Source: an uncultured Ruminococcus sp.
Lineage (GTDB): Bacteria > Bacillota > Clostridia > Oscillospirales > CAG-272
DNA length: 47,517 nt
Direction of reading: 5' to 3'
Assembly (NCBI GenBank): GCA_964507065.1
Contig: CAZDON010000001.1
Span: 1-47,517, forward strand
A program made the position numbers and the translations under genes. Below, one piece after another: positions 1 through 10,090 of the stretch (position 1 is the stretch's first letter; each line of letters opens with the position of its first letter). Below the pieces are notes generated by a model. It saw only the letters and a program-made list of their open reading frames with translations. It was not told where the DNA came from and searched no databases.

Positions 1-563
1 AAATGGGCAAAAAGATTACGGTTGATTCGGCAACTCTTATGAAGAAGGGCTTTGAGATAATTGAAGCGGCGCATCTTTTCGGTGTCAGCGCCGATAAAAT
101 ACACGTCGTAATCCATCGCGAGAGCATACTTCATTCAGCGGTTGAATATATAGATAATAGTATAATTGGCGAGATGTCAGTGCCTGATATGCGAATGTGC
201 GTGCAGTATGCGGTAGACTATCCCGACCGATGTGTTTCACCAAGCGAACCTCTTTCGCTTGAGGATATTGGCTCGCTTACCTTTATGCGACCTGACCTTG
301 AGGCATTCGTGCTTCTGTCGCTTGCAAAGCGAGCTATGCTTTCAGGCGGTGCTTGTCCCGCCGTCGTAAATGCCGCGGACGAGGTGGCGGTTTCGGCATT
401 CCTTTCGGGTAAGCTGCGCTTCTTTGAAATACCCGAGGTCGTGTGCGAGGCTTATGGGAGAATGGGGCACGCCAAGGGTGAAAAAACGCTCGAGGGTATA
501 CTTGCTATGGACGGCGAGGCTCGCCGTATTGCCAGAGAGATAATTAAGGAGAAAATGAATTGA
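1..563 (+). CDS. dxr: 1-deoxy-D-xylulose 5-phosphate reductoisomerase, C-terminal part (5' end lies outside the window)
   Basis: The ORF is open to the window edge. The translation has Dxr C-terminal hallmarks (KITVDSATLMKKG, VIHRESILHS, PDMRM..YAVDYPDR). The dxr-rseP-ispG-polC gene order is typical. Confidence 0.9.
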   Translation, partial: MGKKITVDSATLMKKGFEIIEAAHLFGVSADKIHVVIHRESILHSAVEYIDNSIIGEMSVPDMRMCVQYAVDYPDRCVSPSEPLSLEDIGSLTFMRPDLEAFVLLSLAKRAMLSGGACPAVVNAADEVAVSAFLSGKLRFFEIPEVVCEAYGRMGHAKGEKTLEGILAMDGEARRIAREIIKEKMN

Positions 564-1615
564 ACGTCGCAATTACTGTAATCAGTGCGGTTCTTGTGTT
601 CGGCTTTTTGATATTCATTCACGAATTCGGACACTATATAACGGCAAGATTATTCAAGGTCACTATTGACGAGTTTTCAATAGGAATGGGACCGCGCCTT
701 ATGTGGTACGAATCAAAGCGGTCTAAAATCAGATATACTCTTGCGATGCTTCCTATCGGTGGCTTCGTTGCTATGCCCGGTGAGGACGGTGAGGATGAGG
801 AATATCGCGACGACCCGAATACCTTTGATAAAAAGCCTGCATTTTCAAGGCTTATAATCGTTGCGGCGGGTGCTATCGTCAATATAGTCGTAGGCTTCGT
901 TTTTATGCTTATTCTTACCTCAATGATAAAAATAGGCTCGACAACCGTTGCAGCATTTCCTGAAAACAACGAGTACGAAATATCCTCCTCGGAGTCTGGG
1001 CTTGCCGTGGGTGATGAGATAATAAGCATTGATGGGGTACGCGTTGATATTCTTGATGAGCTCTCGTACGAGATTATGCGTCGCGGTAACGAGCCTGTTG
1101 ACGTCGTGGTTATAAGAGGGGGAGAGGAAATAACCCTTTACGACGTAGAATTTCCAACCGCCGAGGAAAGCGGACAGACCTTTGGTGTAATGGATTTCAA
1201 GGTCTATGAGAAAGAGAAAGGCTTTGGTAACGTTCTTAGCTTTTCCTGGCAAAAGTCAACTCTTATTGTCAGAATGTGCTGGGAATCTCTGTTCGACCTG
1301 ATTCGCGGGCGTTACAGCTTTGCTGCTGTTTCGGGTCCCGTTGGTATATCCAGCGCGATAGGTGAGGCGGCAAGTATGGGCTTTGCGTCGCTGCTGTATA
1401 TGGTAGCGCTGATAAGTATAAATCTTGGCGTTATGAATCTTCTGCCGCTTCCCGCGCTTGATGGTGGAAGAATTATTATGCTGTTTATTGAGCTTATCAC
1501 GAGAAAAAAGCTTCCCGCTAAGGTTGAGGGAATAATAAACGCGGTAGGGCTCGTGCTTTTGCTCGGGCTTTCGGCTGTCGTAATGGTAAAGGATATCTTT
1601 ACTCTCGTAGGATAA
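560..1615 (+). CDS. rseP: RIP site-2 zinc metalloprotease RseP/RasP family
   Basis: TTG start overlaps the dxr stop, with an AAGGAG SD upstream. It has an N-terminal HEFGH motif in a TM helix, a central PDZ-like segment, and a C-terminal NLLPLPALDGG motif. Confidence 0.9.
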   Translation: MNVAITVISAVLVFGFLIFIHEFGHYITARLFKVTIDEFSIGMGPRLMWYESKRSKIRYTLAMLPIGGFVAMPGEDGEDEEYRDDPNTFDKKPAFSRLIIVAAGAIVNIVVGFVFMLILTSMIKIGSTTVAAFPENNEYEISSSESGLAVGDEIISIDGVRVDILDELSYEIMRRGNEPVDVVVIRGGEEITLYDVEFPTAEESGQTFGVMDFKVYEKEKGFGNVLSFSWQKSTLIVRMCWESLFDLIRGRYSFAAVSGPVGISSAIGEAASMGFASLLYMVALISINLGVMNLLPLPALDGGRIIMLFIELITRKKLPAKVEGIINAVGLVLLLGLSAVVMVKDIFTLVG

Positions 1616-1633
1616 AGGAATGGGAAGTCACAT

Positions 1634-2710
1634 ATGAATTATAATGAAATAAGAAGAAGGACGAGAACACTTGGGGTTGGCACAGCTACCGTTGGCGGCA
1701 ATTCACCGATATCCATACAGTCAATGACTAACACTGATACCTGTGATAAGTCGGCGACGCTGGAGCAGGTAATGCGTCTTGCTGAGGCTGGGTGCGATAT
1801 AGTAAGACTCACCGCTCCGACGCAGGAGTCGGTTAAAACCTTTGAATATCTCAAGACTCACGGGGTTAAGATACCGCTTGTTGCCGATATCCATTTTGAT
1901 TATAAAATTGCCGTCGCCTCAGCTATGGGCGGTGCCGATAAAATACGCATAAATCCCGGTAACATCGGTAGCGACGAGCGCGTTTTGGAGGTTGTGCGCG
2001 CCTGCACGGACAATAAAATTCCTATAAGAATAGGTGTAAATTCAGGCTCCCTTGAAAAGCATATTCTCAAAAAATACGGCACACCGTGCGCAGAGGCGCT
2101 GTATGAGAGCGCGATGTATCACATATCGCTTCTTGAAAAATACGGCTTTTACGATATTGCGGTGTCTGTAAAATCCTCGGATGCGTATACGATGATAAAG
2201 GCAAACCGTCTGCTTGCCGAGGCGACGGAGTATCCAATACATCTTGGTGTAACCGAGGCAGGCTTCGGTAATCGTGCGATAATCAAAAGCAGCATCGGAA
2301 TCGGCACGCTTCTTTCAGAGGGTATAGGTGATACCGTCAGAGTATCTCTTACGGACAAGCCCGAGGAGGAAATCCATGCCGCAAGAGAGATTCTTTCGTC
2401 ACTTGGAATAGGCGATGTCGGGGGCATGGACATAGTATCCTGCCCGACCTGCGGAAGAACGAAAATTGACCTCATTGCCATGACACGCGAGTTTGAAACG
2501 CGTGTCCGTGCTGAGGGACTTGATAAGAAGAATATTAAGGTTGCGCTTATGGGTTGCGTGGTTAACGGCCCGGGAGAAGCAAGAGAGGCGGATGTCGGAA
2601 TTGCAGGCGGCATCGGTGAGGGACTCCTCTTCAAGCGCGGTGAAATTATAAGGAAGTTAAGAGAGGACGAGCTAATCGAGGCGCTGCTTCAGGAAATCAG
2701 GCAGCTTTGA
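1634..2710 (+). CDS. ispG: 4-hydroxy-3-methylbut-2-en-1-yl diphosphate synthase (flavodoxin)
   Basis: 358 aa. Typical IspG/GcpE sequence (SIQSMTNT, RINPGNIG, cluster cysteines CPTCGRT and GCVVNGPGE). Confidence 0.92.
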   Translation: MNYNEIRRRTRTLGVGTATVGGNSPISIQSMTNTDTCDKSATLEQVMRLAEAGCDIVRLTAPTQESVKTFEYLKTHGVKIPLVADIHFDYKIAVASAMGGADKIRINPGNIGSDERVLEVVRACTDNKIPIRIGVNSGSLEKHILKKYGTPCAEALYESAMYHISLLEKYGFYDIAVSVKSSDAYTMIKANRLLAEATEYPIHLGVTEAGFGNRAIIKSSIGIGTLLSEGIGDTVRVSLTDKPEEEIHAAREILSSLGIGDVGGMDIVSCPTCGRTKIDLIAMTREFETRVRAEGLDKKNIKVALMGCVVNGPGEAREADVGIAGGIGEGLLFKRGEIIRKLREDELIEALLQEIRQL

Positions 2711-2729
2711 TTCAGCTTACTGAAACCTG

Positions 2730-5700
2730 ATGAGTAGCAAGAGCTTTTTTGATGTCTTTTTAAGATATAAGCCAAACGAGGAAAAAAGAAATATACTGAA
2801 TAGCGCCAAGGACGCATCCTTCAGATACAGCAAGGAGCCTATGCGAGTAGAGGTCGAGCTTAGCTTTGACGAGCACGTTGACCCTATGCTTATTTATGAA
2901 ATTGAGGACGAATGCTGTACTCTTTACAATGCGGCGAGCTTCAAGATAATTCCGCATTTTCCAAGTGAAATATTCGAGATGGAGTATTTTCACGAGATAT
3001 GTGCCGAGGCATCGTATATAGGTGCTGTTACCAACGGCTTTTTCTCAGGTGCAAAATACGAGGACGACGGCAGCACCATAACCGTTGCCCTTCCATACCG
3101 TGCCACTGGAATACGCTTCGTAAAGGATGCCAATACCGAGGCGATTATTTCAAATATACTGAAAAGCAGATACGGTGTTACGAGAAAAATAGTGATTACC
3201 GAGAGTGATGACGTCACCTCGCGCGAGGCAGAGATTGAAAAGCGCATCTCTATGCGTATCAAGGCGGCAGAGGAAGAGAGCAGAGAGGAATACGCCCGTC
3301 AGCTAAGCGAGCAGCGCGCAAGGGCAGAAGCGAGGGCGAGGGAAGAGGATCCCCACTATGATTTTGAAAGACGCGCAGGACTTTCCGACTGCACGGGAAA
3401 CAATCAGAATATATCCGACACACAGTTTTTGCGCGGTGAAAAGCTCTACGTTGCCGCCTCACCTGCGGCGATATGGGGAGATACCTTCGTTATAGAGGAG
3501 CCTGTTCCGCTTTCGGATATAACGGCGGCAAAGGGCAATGCGGTGTTTCTTGGCACTGTATTTTCTTGTGAGGGTAAGGAAAACAGAGATGGCGATAAAA
3601 TAAAAATCACCATAGGCATATCGGACGGTGCAGCTGGCATATATGCAAAGAAAACTTTACCGATAGAGGAAAAGGGACTTGCAAAGAAAATCAAGCCCGG
3701 AATGCACGTCGCGGTGTTTGGTAAGCTTGCAACCGATAGATTTGACAATGAGCTCTTTATCGCAATGCGGGGAATTTCTGAAATAGATGCTACCCCAAGA
3801 TACGATGAAGCTGAGGTAAAACGCGTTGAGCTTCACCTGCATACGAATATGTCGCAGATGGACGGTCTTATTACTCCTGCTGAGCTCGTCAGCACGGCAA
3901 TCCGCTGGGGACATTCCGCTATTGCGGTAACCGACCACGGTAACGTTCAGTCATTCCCCGAAATTATGCTTGAGGTAGATAAGGCAAGAAAGAACGGCAA
4001 GGACCTTAAGGTGCTTTACGGTATGGAGTCATACTTCGTAAACGATTCCGCAAGGTGTCTTTTTGGCGAGAAATATCCTGCCTTTGACGATGAAATGGTC
4101 GTGTTCGACCTTGAAACGACGGGACTTTCCTTCCGTACCTGTAAGATAATTGAGATAGGTGCCGTAAAAATCAAGGGTGGCGAAATCATTGATACCTTTG
4201 ATATATTCGTTGACCCTGAGGAGCATATCAGCGAAAAGATAACCGAGCTTACCTCAATTACCGATGAAATGGTTGCCGGCGCTGATAAGGAGCCTGAGGC
4301 AATGAGGAAATTCCTCGATTTCATCGGGGATAGAATGCTTATCGCTCATAACGCTACCTTTGACGTAAGCTTTATAAAGGCGGCGGCAGACAGACTTGGA
4401 ATTAAGATTAAGAATACCTATCTTGATACACTCGGTCTTGCAAAATATTTGAATCCCACCCTCTCAAATCATAAGCTTGATACGCTCGTCAAGCATTATT
4501 CGATAGGCGAATTTCATCATCACAGAGCCTCTGATGACGCACTCGTTACGGCAAAGGTCTTTATGAAGATGATAGAGGGACTTAAAAGTGAGGGCGTCGC
4601 AACCTTCGAGGATATGGTTGCTGCTATGAGAGAGAAATCCGACCCTATCGCACTTCCGAGCTATCATATGATAATAATAGCGAAGGATCAGGTTGGACTT
4701 AAGAATTTATATAAGCTCGTTTCCTTCAGCTACCTTAATTACTTTGGCGGTACGGGCAGACAGAAGAAGGTGCCCAGAATACCCAAATCCGTGCTTGAGG
4801 AGCATAGAGAGGGTCTTATAATAGGCTCCGCCTGCGAGTCAGGTGAGCTTTTCCGCGCACTGCTTGACGGACGAGATGATTCAGAGCTTGAGGAAATCGC
4901 GGAGTTTTACGACTATCTTGAAATTCAGCCGATATCAAACAACCGCTTCCTCATTGCAGAGGGTAAGGCGCGCGACGACGAGGCGCTTCGTGATTTCAAC
5001 CGTAAAATATATGCGCTCGGAAAGAAGCTTGGCAAGCCTGTCGTGGCTACCTGTGACGCTCACTTCCTTAATAAATCCGACGAGCTTTACAGGCGTATAC
5101 TTCTTGCGGGTATGAAGTTTAAGGACGCGGACAAGCCGCTTCCTATATATCTTCGTACAACGGAGGAAATGCTTCCTGAGTTTGACTATCTCGGTAAGGA
5201 GGAGGCGTACGAGGTCGTCGTAGAGAATACCAGACTTATTGCCGATATGTGCGGTGACGTACGCCCTATTCCCAAGGGAAGATACGAGCCTAATATCGAG
5301 GGCGCTGCCGAGGAGCTTACCGAATCCTGCTGGCACAGGGCTCACGAATGGTACGGAGAGGAGCTTCCCGAAATCGTCGAAAAGAGGCTTAAAAGAGAGC
5401 TGGATTCGATTATAGGCAACGGCTTTGCCGTGCTTTATATGATTGCCGTAAAGCTCGTCGCGTATTCCGAATCTCTTGGCTATCTCGTCGGCTCGCGAGG
5501 CTCGGTTGGCTCGTCCTTCGTTGCGACGATGTCGGGTATATCCGAGGTTAATCCGCTTGCTCCGCATTACAGATGCCCGAAGTGTAAGTACAGCGAGTTC
5601 TTCACGGACGGCAGCGTAGGCTCAGGCTTCGACCTTGACGATAAGAACTGTCCTGTGTGCGGTGAGCCGCTTATTATGGACGGACACGATATTCCCTTTG

Positions 5701-7157
5701 AAACCTTCCTTGGCTTCTTCGGTGAAAAATCCCCCGATATTGACCTTAACTTCTCCGGTGACGTTCAGGGTAAGGTGCATAAGTATACCGAGGAGCTTTT
5801 CGGTCAGGGGCACGTTTTCAGAGCGGGAACGATAGGCACTCTCGCTGATAAGACAGCCTGGGGCTACGTCAATAAGTACCTTGAGGAAAAGAAAATAGCT
5901 ATTCCAAAGGCTCAGGTCGACTATATGGTGACAAAGATGGTTGGAATTAAGCGTACGACGAGCCAGCACCCCGGCGGAATTATCGTTGTTCCTACCGAGT
6001 ACGAGATATACGATTTCTCGCCGATACAGCACCCCGCTGACGACCCTAATTCGGACATCATTACCACGCACTATCAGTTCTCTTATCTTCACGATACTAT
6101 TCTTAAGCTTGACGAGCTCGGACACGATATGCCGACCAAGTATAAAATGCTTGAAAAGTACACGGGCACCAGCGTCCTTGACGTCAAGATGAACGATAAG
6201 AGCGTGTACGAGCTTTTCCATTCAACAAAGCCACTCGGCATAACGCCCGACGACATCGGTGGCTGCCAGCTTGGAACCTTTGGTATTCCTGAAATGGGTA
6301 CTCGTTTTATACAGCAGGTGCTTATCGACGCACAGCCAAAAACCTTCGCTGACCTTTTGCAGATATCGGGACTTACCCACGGTACCGACGTATGGCTTGG
6401 AAACGGGCAGGACCTGATAAAGCGGGGAATTTGTACGATTTCCGAGGTTATAGGAACACGCGACGGTATTATGCTTTATCTTCAGCGTCATAATATTGAT
6501 AACTCGGTATCCTTCAACATAATGGAAGCGGTAAGAAAGGGTAAGGGGCTTACCCCTGAGTGGGAACAGATTATGCGTGAGCACGACGTGCCCGACTGGT
6601 ACATAGCGTCGTGTAAGAAGATTAAGTATATGTTCCCGAAGGCTCACGCGGCGGCGTACGTTATGTCTGCTATCCGTCTTTGCTGGTATAAAATCTATTA
6701 TCCTATGGAGTTTTACGCGGCATTCTTTACCGTAGCACCCGGCGGCTTCAATGCCGAAATCGTTATGAAGGGCTACGGCGCGGTAAGCGACGCAATAGAG
6801 GAAATCGAGGCAAGGGGACAGGAGGCAACCGCGAAGGACAACGAAATGCTTGCCACGATGCAGCTCGTAAGAGAGGCACTTGCAAGAGGCGTGCAGTTCC
6901 TGCCCGTCGACCTGTGGAAGTCCGACGCAAAGGCGTTCTTGCCAGAGGACGGAAAAATCAGAATGCCCTTCAACTCACTTCCCGGCGTTGGTGATACCGC
7001 GGGTGAGAAGCTTGCTTATACAAGAGATAATTATACGATACTCTCAATGCAGGAGCTTCGTGAGCTTTCGGGCGTATCGAAGTCCGTGATAGAGCTTCTT
7101 GCGTCCTGCGGCGCACTCGGAAATATGAGCAGGACAAACCAGATTTCATTCTTCTGA
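2730..7157 (+). CDS. polC: DNA polymerase III PolC-type (Gram-positive replicative polymerase)
   Basis: 1475 aa. It has a PHP motif (HLHTNMSQMDG), DEDD exonuclease motifs (VVFDLETTGL, HNATFDVSF, HHHRASDDA), a zinc module (CPKCKY..CPVCG) and a pol III alpha core. Confidence 0.97.
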   Translation: MSSKSFFDVFLRYKPNEEKRNILNSAKDASFRYSKEPMRVEVELSFDEHVDPMLIYEIEDECCTLYNAASFKIIPHFPSEIFEMEYFHEICAEASYIGAVTNGFFSGAKYEDDGSTITVALPYRATGIRFVKDANTEAIISNILKSRYGVTRKIVITESDDVTSREAEIEKRISMRIKAAEEESREEYARQLSEQRARAEARAREEDPHYDFERRAGLSDCTGNNQNISDTQFLRGEKLYVAASPAAIWGDTFVIEEPVPLSDITAAKGNAVFLGTVFSCEGKENRDGDKIKITIGISDGAAGIYAKKTLPIEEKGLAKKIKPGMHVAVFGKLATDRFDNELFIAMRGISEIDATPRYDEAEVKRVELHLHTNMSQMDGLITPAELVSTAIRWGHSAIAVTDHGNVQSFPEIMLEVDKARKNGKDLKVLYGMESYFVNDSARCLFGEKYPAFDDEMVVFDLETTGLSFRTCKIIEIGAVKIKGGEIIDTFDIFVDPEEHISEKITELTSITDEMVAGADKEPEAMRKFLDFIGDRMLIAHNATFDVSFIKAAADRLGIKIKNTYLDTLGLAKYLNPTLSNHKLDTLVKHYSIGEFHHHRASDDALVTAKVFMKMIEGLKSEGVATFEDMVAAMREKSDPIALPSYHMIIIAKDQVGLKNLYKLVSFSYLNYFGGTGRQKKVPRIPKSVLEEHREGLIIGSACESGELFRALLDGRDDSELEEIAEFYDYLEIQPISNNRFLIAEGKARDDEALRDFNRKIYALGKKLGKPVVATCDAHFLNKSDELYRRILLAGMKFKDADKPLPIYLRTTEEMLPEFDYLGKEEAYEVVVENTRLIADMCGDVRPIPKGRYEPNIEGAAEELTESCWHRAHEWYGEELPEIVEKRLKRELDSIIGNGFAVLYMIAVKLVAYSESLGYLVGSRGSVGSSFVATMSGISEVNPLAPHYRCPKCKYSEFFTDGSVGSGFDLDDKNCPVCGEPLIMDGHDIPFETFLGFFGEKSPDIDLNFSGDVQGKVHKYTEELFGQGHVFRAGTIGTLADKTAWGYVNKYLEEKKIAIPKAQVDYMVTKMVGIKRTTSQHPGGIIVVPTEYEIYDFSPIQHPADDPNSDIITTHYQFSYLHDTILKLDELGHDMPTKYKMLEKYTGTSVLDVKMNDKSVYELFHSTKPLGITPDDIGGCQLGTFGIPEMGTRFIQQVLIDAQPKTFADLLQISGLTHGTDVWLGNGQDLIKRGICTISEVIGTRDGIMLYLQRHNIDNSVSFNIMEAVRKGKGLTPEWEQIMREHDVPDWYIASCKKIKYMFPKAHAAAYVMSAIRLCWYKIYYPMEFYAAFFTVAPGGFNAEIVMKGYGAVSDAIEEIEARGQEATAKDNEMLATMQLVREALARGVQFLPVDLWKSDAKAFLPEDGKIRMPFNSLPGVGDTAGEKLAYTRDNYTILSMQELRELSGVSKSVIELLASCGALGNMSRTNQISFF

Positions 7158-7183
7158 TATTATATCTGATTCAAACAAAATGA

Positions 7184-7224
7184 AATAAGCTGTCTTGCTC
7201 GCTTCGCAAAGACAGCTTATTTTG
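7184..7224. terminator. bidirectional intrinsic terminator between convergent polC and the small-gene operon
   Basis: Perfect 13-bp inverted repeat AATAAGCTGTCTT / AAGACAGCTTATT, flanked by A-rich sequence upstream and T-rich sequence downstream. Confidence 0.7.
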
Positions 7225-7237
7225 TAAAGAATTATTG

Positions 7238-7633
7238 TCAACCTGAGATAAAAATCAGGACGGCAAGCATTATTGCAAATTCCTTGTCGCCTGATTTTGT
7301 GAAGAATAAATACGCGGCAAGCCCTAGTATCAATAGCTCCTCTATGCCGAATTTATCGGGGATAAATTTAACAGGGAGAATGTTATCAAGCCACCCTCGT
7401 ATACCGCCGAGAAATCCTGTATCCCTACCGCCGCACTCACTGCACTCCTGCGTGTCCTCGCAGGACTCATTCTCACATGGAGAGCATTTCGTTATCTCAC
7501 GCGGTATAGCTCCCTCGTCGCGTATTCTGGGGTTATGTACGGGTGGCGGCTCGTCACGCAGGGCGGTACCGTCATAGCTACCGCTTAAGGTGTAGGCAAC
7601 CCCATCGTTGTCGTAATAGCTTCTCGTGTACAT
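7238..7633 (-). CDS. hypothetical protein, Cys/acidic-rich middle region and C-terminal TM helix
   Basis: 131-aa ORF. Its ATG lies 1 nt after the upstream stop. It contains CSPCENESCEDTQECSECGG and a C-terminal hydrophobic helix (LLILGLAAYLFF..AIMLAVLIFISG). No family recognised. Confidence 0.6.
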   Translation of the reverse strand: MYTRSYYDNDGVAYTLSGSYDGTALRDEPPPVHNPRIRDEGAIPREITKCSPCENESCEDTQECSECGGRDTGFLGGIRGWLDNILPVKFIPDKFGIEELLILGLAAYLFFTKSGDKEFAIMLAVLIFISG

Positions 7634-7634
7634 T

Positions 7635-7961
7635 TTAGTCCCCCTTTACGGCATCGAGCATATCTGCAATAGTCATCATCGTGTCTATTGCACGGGCGCG
7701 GCTCTTTGATACGTAGGGCTTAAGCGCCAAAAGGAGCGTATTTCTTCGCTTTCTTCTACCGTCCCTGTCGTCCGTAGGGCTGCGCCCACCGTCAAGCTTT
7801 ATAACCTCAGATGCGTCCTCGTGCACAGGCGCAGATTCATCTGTCGCGGGCTCACTATCTTTTTTATCCGCGTCACTCATCATTCCCTTGATGCTTTCCA
7901 GTAGCTCAGGGTTTTGCATAATCAGGCTGACCACCTTAGCAATATCGGGTGTTCCTTCCAT
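7635..7961 (-). CDS. hypothetical protein
   Basis: 108-aa ORF translationally coupled to its neighbours, with a GGGG SD inside the upstream gene end. Acidic middle region and basic patch RRKRRN. No family recognised. Confidence 0.6.
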   Translation of the reverse strand: MEGTPDIAKVVSLIMQNPELLESIKGMMSDADKKDSEPATDESAPVHEDASEVIKLDGGRSPTDDRDGRRKRRNTLLLALKPYVSKSRARAIDTMMTIADMLDAVKGD

Positions 7962-7964
7962 ATC

Positions 7965-8183
7965 TTACCCCTTTCTGTGCTTGTTAATTATTTTCAAGGC
8001 GCTTGCTATGCTCAGTCTGTCAGGGTCACTCATCGCCTCTCTGATTTTCGCCATATCGTCGGGGGAGGGCGGCTTCAGCGGTACGGTTATTCCGTGCCCC
8101 TTTGCAACCTCGCAAATCGTTGCCCAAAGCTCAACGTCGGAGAGCAGGGAAAGCGCCTTAAGCTTATCTTTATCAATCTTCAT
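7965..8183 (-). CDS. hypothetical small protein
   Basis: I prefer the ATG at 8183 (GTGAGG SD 7 nt upstream) over the GTG at 8195 used by the ORF track. 72 aa. First gene of a tightly packed three-gene minus-strand operon. Confidence 0.55.
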   Translation of the reverse strand: MKIDKDKLKALSLLSDVELWATICEVAKGHGITVPLKPPSPDDMAKIREAMSDPDRLSIASALKIINKHRKG

Positions 8184-8255
8184 AAAAAACCTCACTTATT
8201 TATTCTACTGCATTATATTCTTAATTTAAAAAACAGTTACAAGAGGCAAGACGAA

Positions 8256-8825
8256 ATGAAATATCTGGTCTTTTCAGATTCACACGGCGACGCCGCGTTT
8301 ATGAGGCGCGCAATACTTAAAAATAAGGACGCTGAGGCGGTGTTCTTCCTCGGTGACGGGCTTCGTGACGTAGCCTATTCCATCGAGGGCGTCTATCAGA
8401 TGCCCGTATTTAAAGTAAAGGGAAATTGTGACTTCGGTGTATCAAGCTACTATCCCGACGTAAAAAAGACCGACGAGATAATCCTTGAGGGCAAGAAAAT
8501 CGTATTTACGCACGGTGACCTCTATAACGTAAAAAGCACGACGCAGGACTTGAGTATGCTCGCAATAACGCGAGGTGCTGATATAGTCCTCTTCGGGCAT
8601 ACTCACACACCCTGCGAGATTTACGTACCGACGGACAGTATGGAATACAGAATAGCACACCACGACCTTAAGGATAGCGGAATACTTACGGATGACTTTT
8701 GCGAAAAGCCGTTCTATCTCTTTAACCCCGGCAGTATATGCTACCGCGACGGTGCACCCAGCTTCGGTATAATTACCTTAAGTGAGGGCAGCGCTCCGCT
8801 TTTCTCACACGGTACTCTTTCCTAA
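8256..8825 (+). CDS. YfcE/MJ0936-family metallophosphoesterase
   Basis: Internal ATG at codon 115 of ORF 7914..8825 (MKYLVFSDSHGD). Calcineurin-like motifs DSHG, GDG, GNCD, THGD and GHTH are present. The upstream extension overlaps convergent genes and is rejected. Confidence 0.85.
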   Translation: MKYLVFSDSHGDAAFMRRAILKNKDAEAVFFLGDGLRDVAYSIEGVYQMPVFKVKGNCDFGVSSYYPDVKKTDEIILEGKKIVFTHGDLYNVKSTTQDLSMLAITRGADIVLFGHTHTPCEIYVPTDSMEYRIAHHDLKDSGILTDDFCEKPFYLFNPGSICYRDGAPSFGIITLSEGSAPLFSHGTLS

Positions 8826-8848
8826 GTGTAAACAAACTGTGTATTCTG

Positions 8849-8877
8849 TTGACAAGGTCACTGCGCTATGCTAAAAT
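8849..8877 (+). promoter_or_regulatory. sigma-A type promoter for the 8901 gene
   Basis: TTGACA (8849-8854), 17-nt spacer, TGcTAAAAT extended -10 (TAAAAT at 8872-8877). A GGGGGA SD and the ATG at 8901 follow. Confidence 0.6.
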
Positions 8878-8900
8878 GAAAGCGTAAGGGGGATAGAGTT

Positions 8901-9278
8901 ATGAAGGATTCGACAAAAAGAATTATAAGCGTTATTGCCTCGTGCATAGAGGTAGTAGTTAACATTTGCCTCTATCCCTTGTTTTACCTTGATATATTCC
9001 ACGAGGTATCCGTGCGTGAGGGCATAAACGATGCAGGTGAAATAGTAATTAAGCGCACCGACCACTACTATTCAATCGTCGATAACCTGAAATACGGCAG
9101 TATGAATCTCGTCTATTTCTCTTGGGCGCTTATAGGCGCATCGGCAGTAGCCTCTCTCGCCGCTATCGTCTATAAGGGAAAGCGCGCGCAAAAAATCGGT
9201 CATATCACCTTCGCCGTATCCCTCGCAGTATTTCTCTTTACACTATTTCTTGCCTCCACCGTCCATAGGGACTACTAG
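8901..9278 (+). CDS. hypothetical integral membrane protein
   Basis: 125 aa with three to four hydrophobic helices. Good promoter and SD upstream, terminator downstream. Confidence 0.65.
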   Translation: MKDSTKRIISVIASCIEVVVNICLYPLFYLDIFHEVSVREGINDAGEIVIKRTDHYYSIVDNLKYGSMNLVYFSWALIGASAVASLAAIVYKGKRAQKIGHITFAVSLAVFLFTLFLASTVHRDY

Positions 9279-9350
9279 ACAAAAAGCTGACGTTCTAAAG
9301 CCTGCCCGTCTTAACGTGGGGAATAACAGACAACTTCATAGGACGATAAA

Positions 9351-9390
9351 AAATCCACCATAGACATAAGTCTGTGATGGATTTTTTTTG
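9351..9390. terminator. bidirectional intrinsic terminator
   Basis: Imperfect 14-bp hairpin AATCCACCATAGAC / GTCTGTGATGGATT followed by T8 and preceded by an A-run. It sits between convergent genes. Confidence 0.65.
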
Positions 9391-9402
9391 TTTTCTTTAA
9401 GC

Positions 9403-9939
9403 TTAGTTTTCATTTGCGGAAATTTGTTTGGTCATATCGCGTTTGTACTCATAAAGCTGACTTGCAATTTTATATATTTTGTATCCTAACATAAAAGGCC
9501 CAAATATCATATAGAAAATCCAAGTAAAAATAAATGTGAAGAATCCGATTATGATAGCAAAAATGTCACCTTGATGCTCTTTATGATGGGTTGCACGATA
9601 TTGAGTATCGCTTACCTGTCGAATTTCAACATACTCTGTTGTAGTAGCAGTTTTTCCTGCTGAATAGCTAGCTTTTCCTATATGGAATGTCTTGCTTATT
9701 ATTTTCGGCAAAAACGGCAAAGAGCATCCGATAAGGAAATAAGGCAGAAATAATATTGGCTCATCCTTTGGAATTACTATTCCTATAACCAAACCTCCCA
9801 AAATACAAAGCGCGGCAAAACAAAGGAACATAATCCTTAATATGAAATCGCGTTTATTGTTGATCGGAGAAGGTATAAGCGGTGCAATAAAATGATTTTT
9901 GATGTACTGTACGATACAATGTTTGATTTTTGCGAACAT
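9403..9939 (-). CDS. hypothetical membrane protein (AT-rich islet)
   Basis: 178-aa ORF with hydrophobic helices near residues 35-85 and 125-155. Visibly AT-rich codon usage. Divergent from the XRE gene. Confidence 0.6.
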   Translation of the reverse strand: MFAKIKHCIVQYIKNHFIAPLIPSPINNKRDFILRIMFLCFAALCILGGLVIGIVIPKDEPILFLPYFLIGCSLPFLPKIISKTFHIGKASYSAGKTATTTEYVEIRQVSDTQYRATHHKEHQGDIFAIIIGFFTFIFTWIFYMIFGPFMLGYKIYKIASQLYEYKRDMTKQISANEN

Positions 9940-10090
9940 AATTTTCCGTCCTTTTTATAAAATTAACTACATAGGCATATAATAGCCTATATGGTTTATT
10001 TTATTATAGCAAACTTTGCGGTATAATTCAAGTAAAAATTAACTAAAAGGGCATTTTTGTCAATATTATATAATTGGAGAGAAATTTTTT

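Noticed and set aside
2149-6647. Antisense ORFs inside ispG and polC (for example 2149..2634, 4935..5567, 5622..6221, 6222..6647)
   Set aside because: They lie opposite strongly conserved housekeeping genes. This is typical shadow-ORF composition, with no start-site signals.
7914-8255. N-terminal extension of the phosphoesterase ORF, and the 7888..8229 + ORF
   Set aside because: The extension overlaps the convergent small-gene operon on the opposite strand. The conserved metallophosphoesterase sequence begins at the internal MKYLVFSDSHGD.
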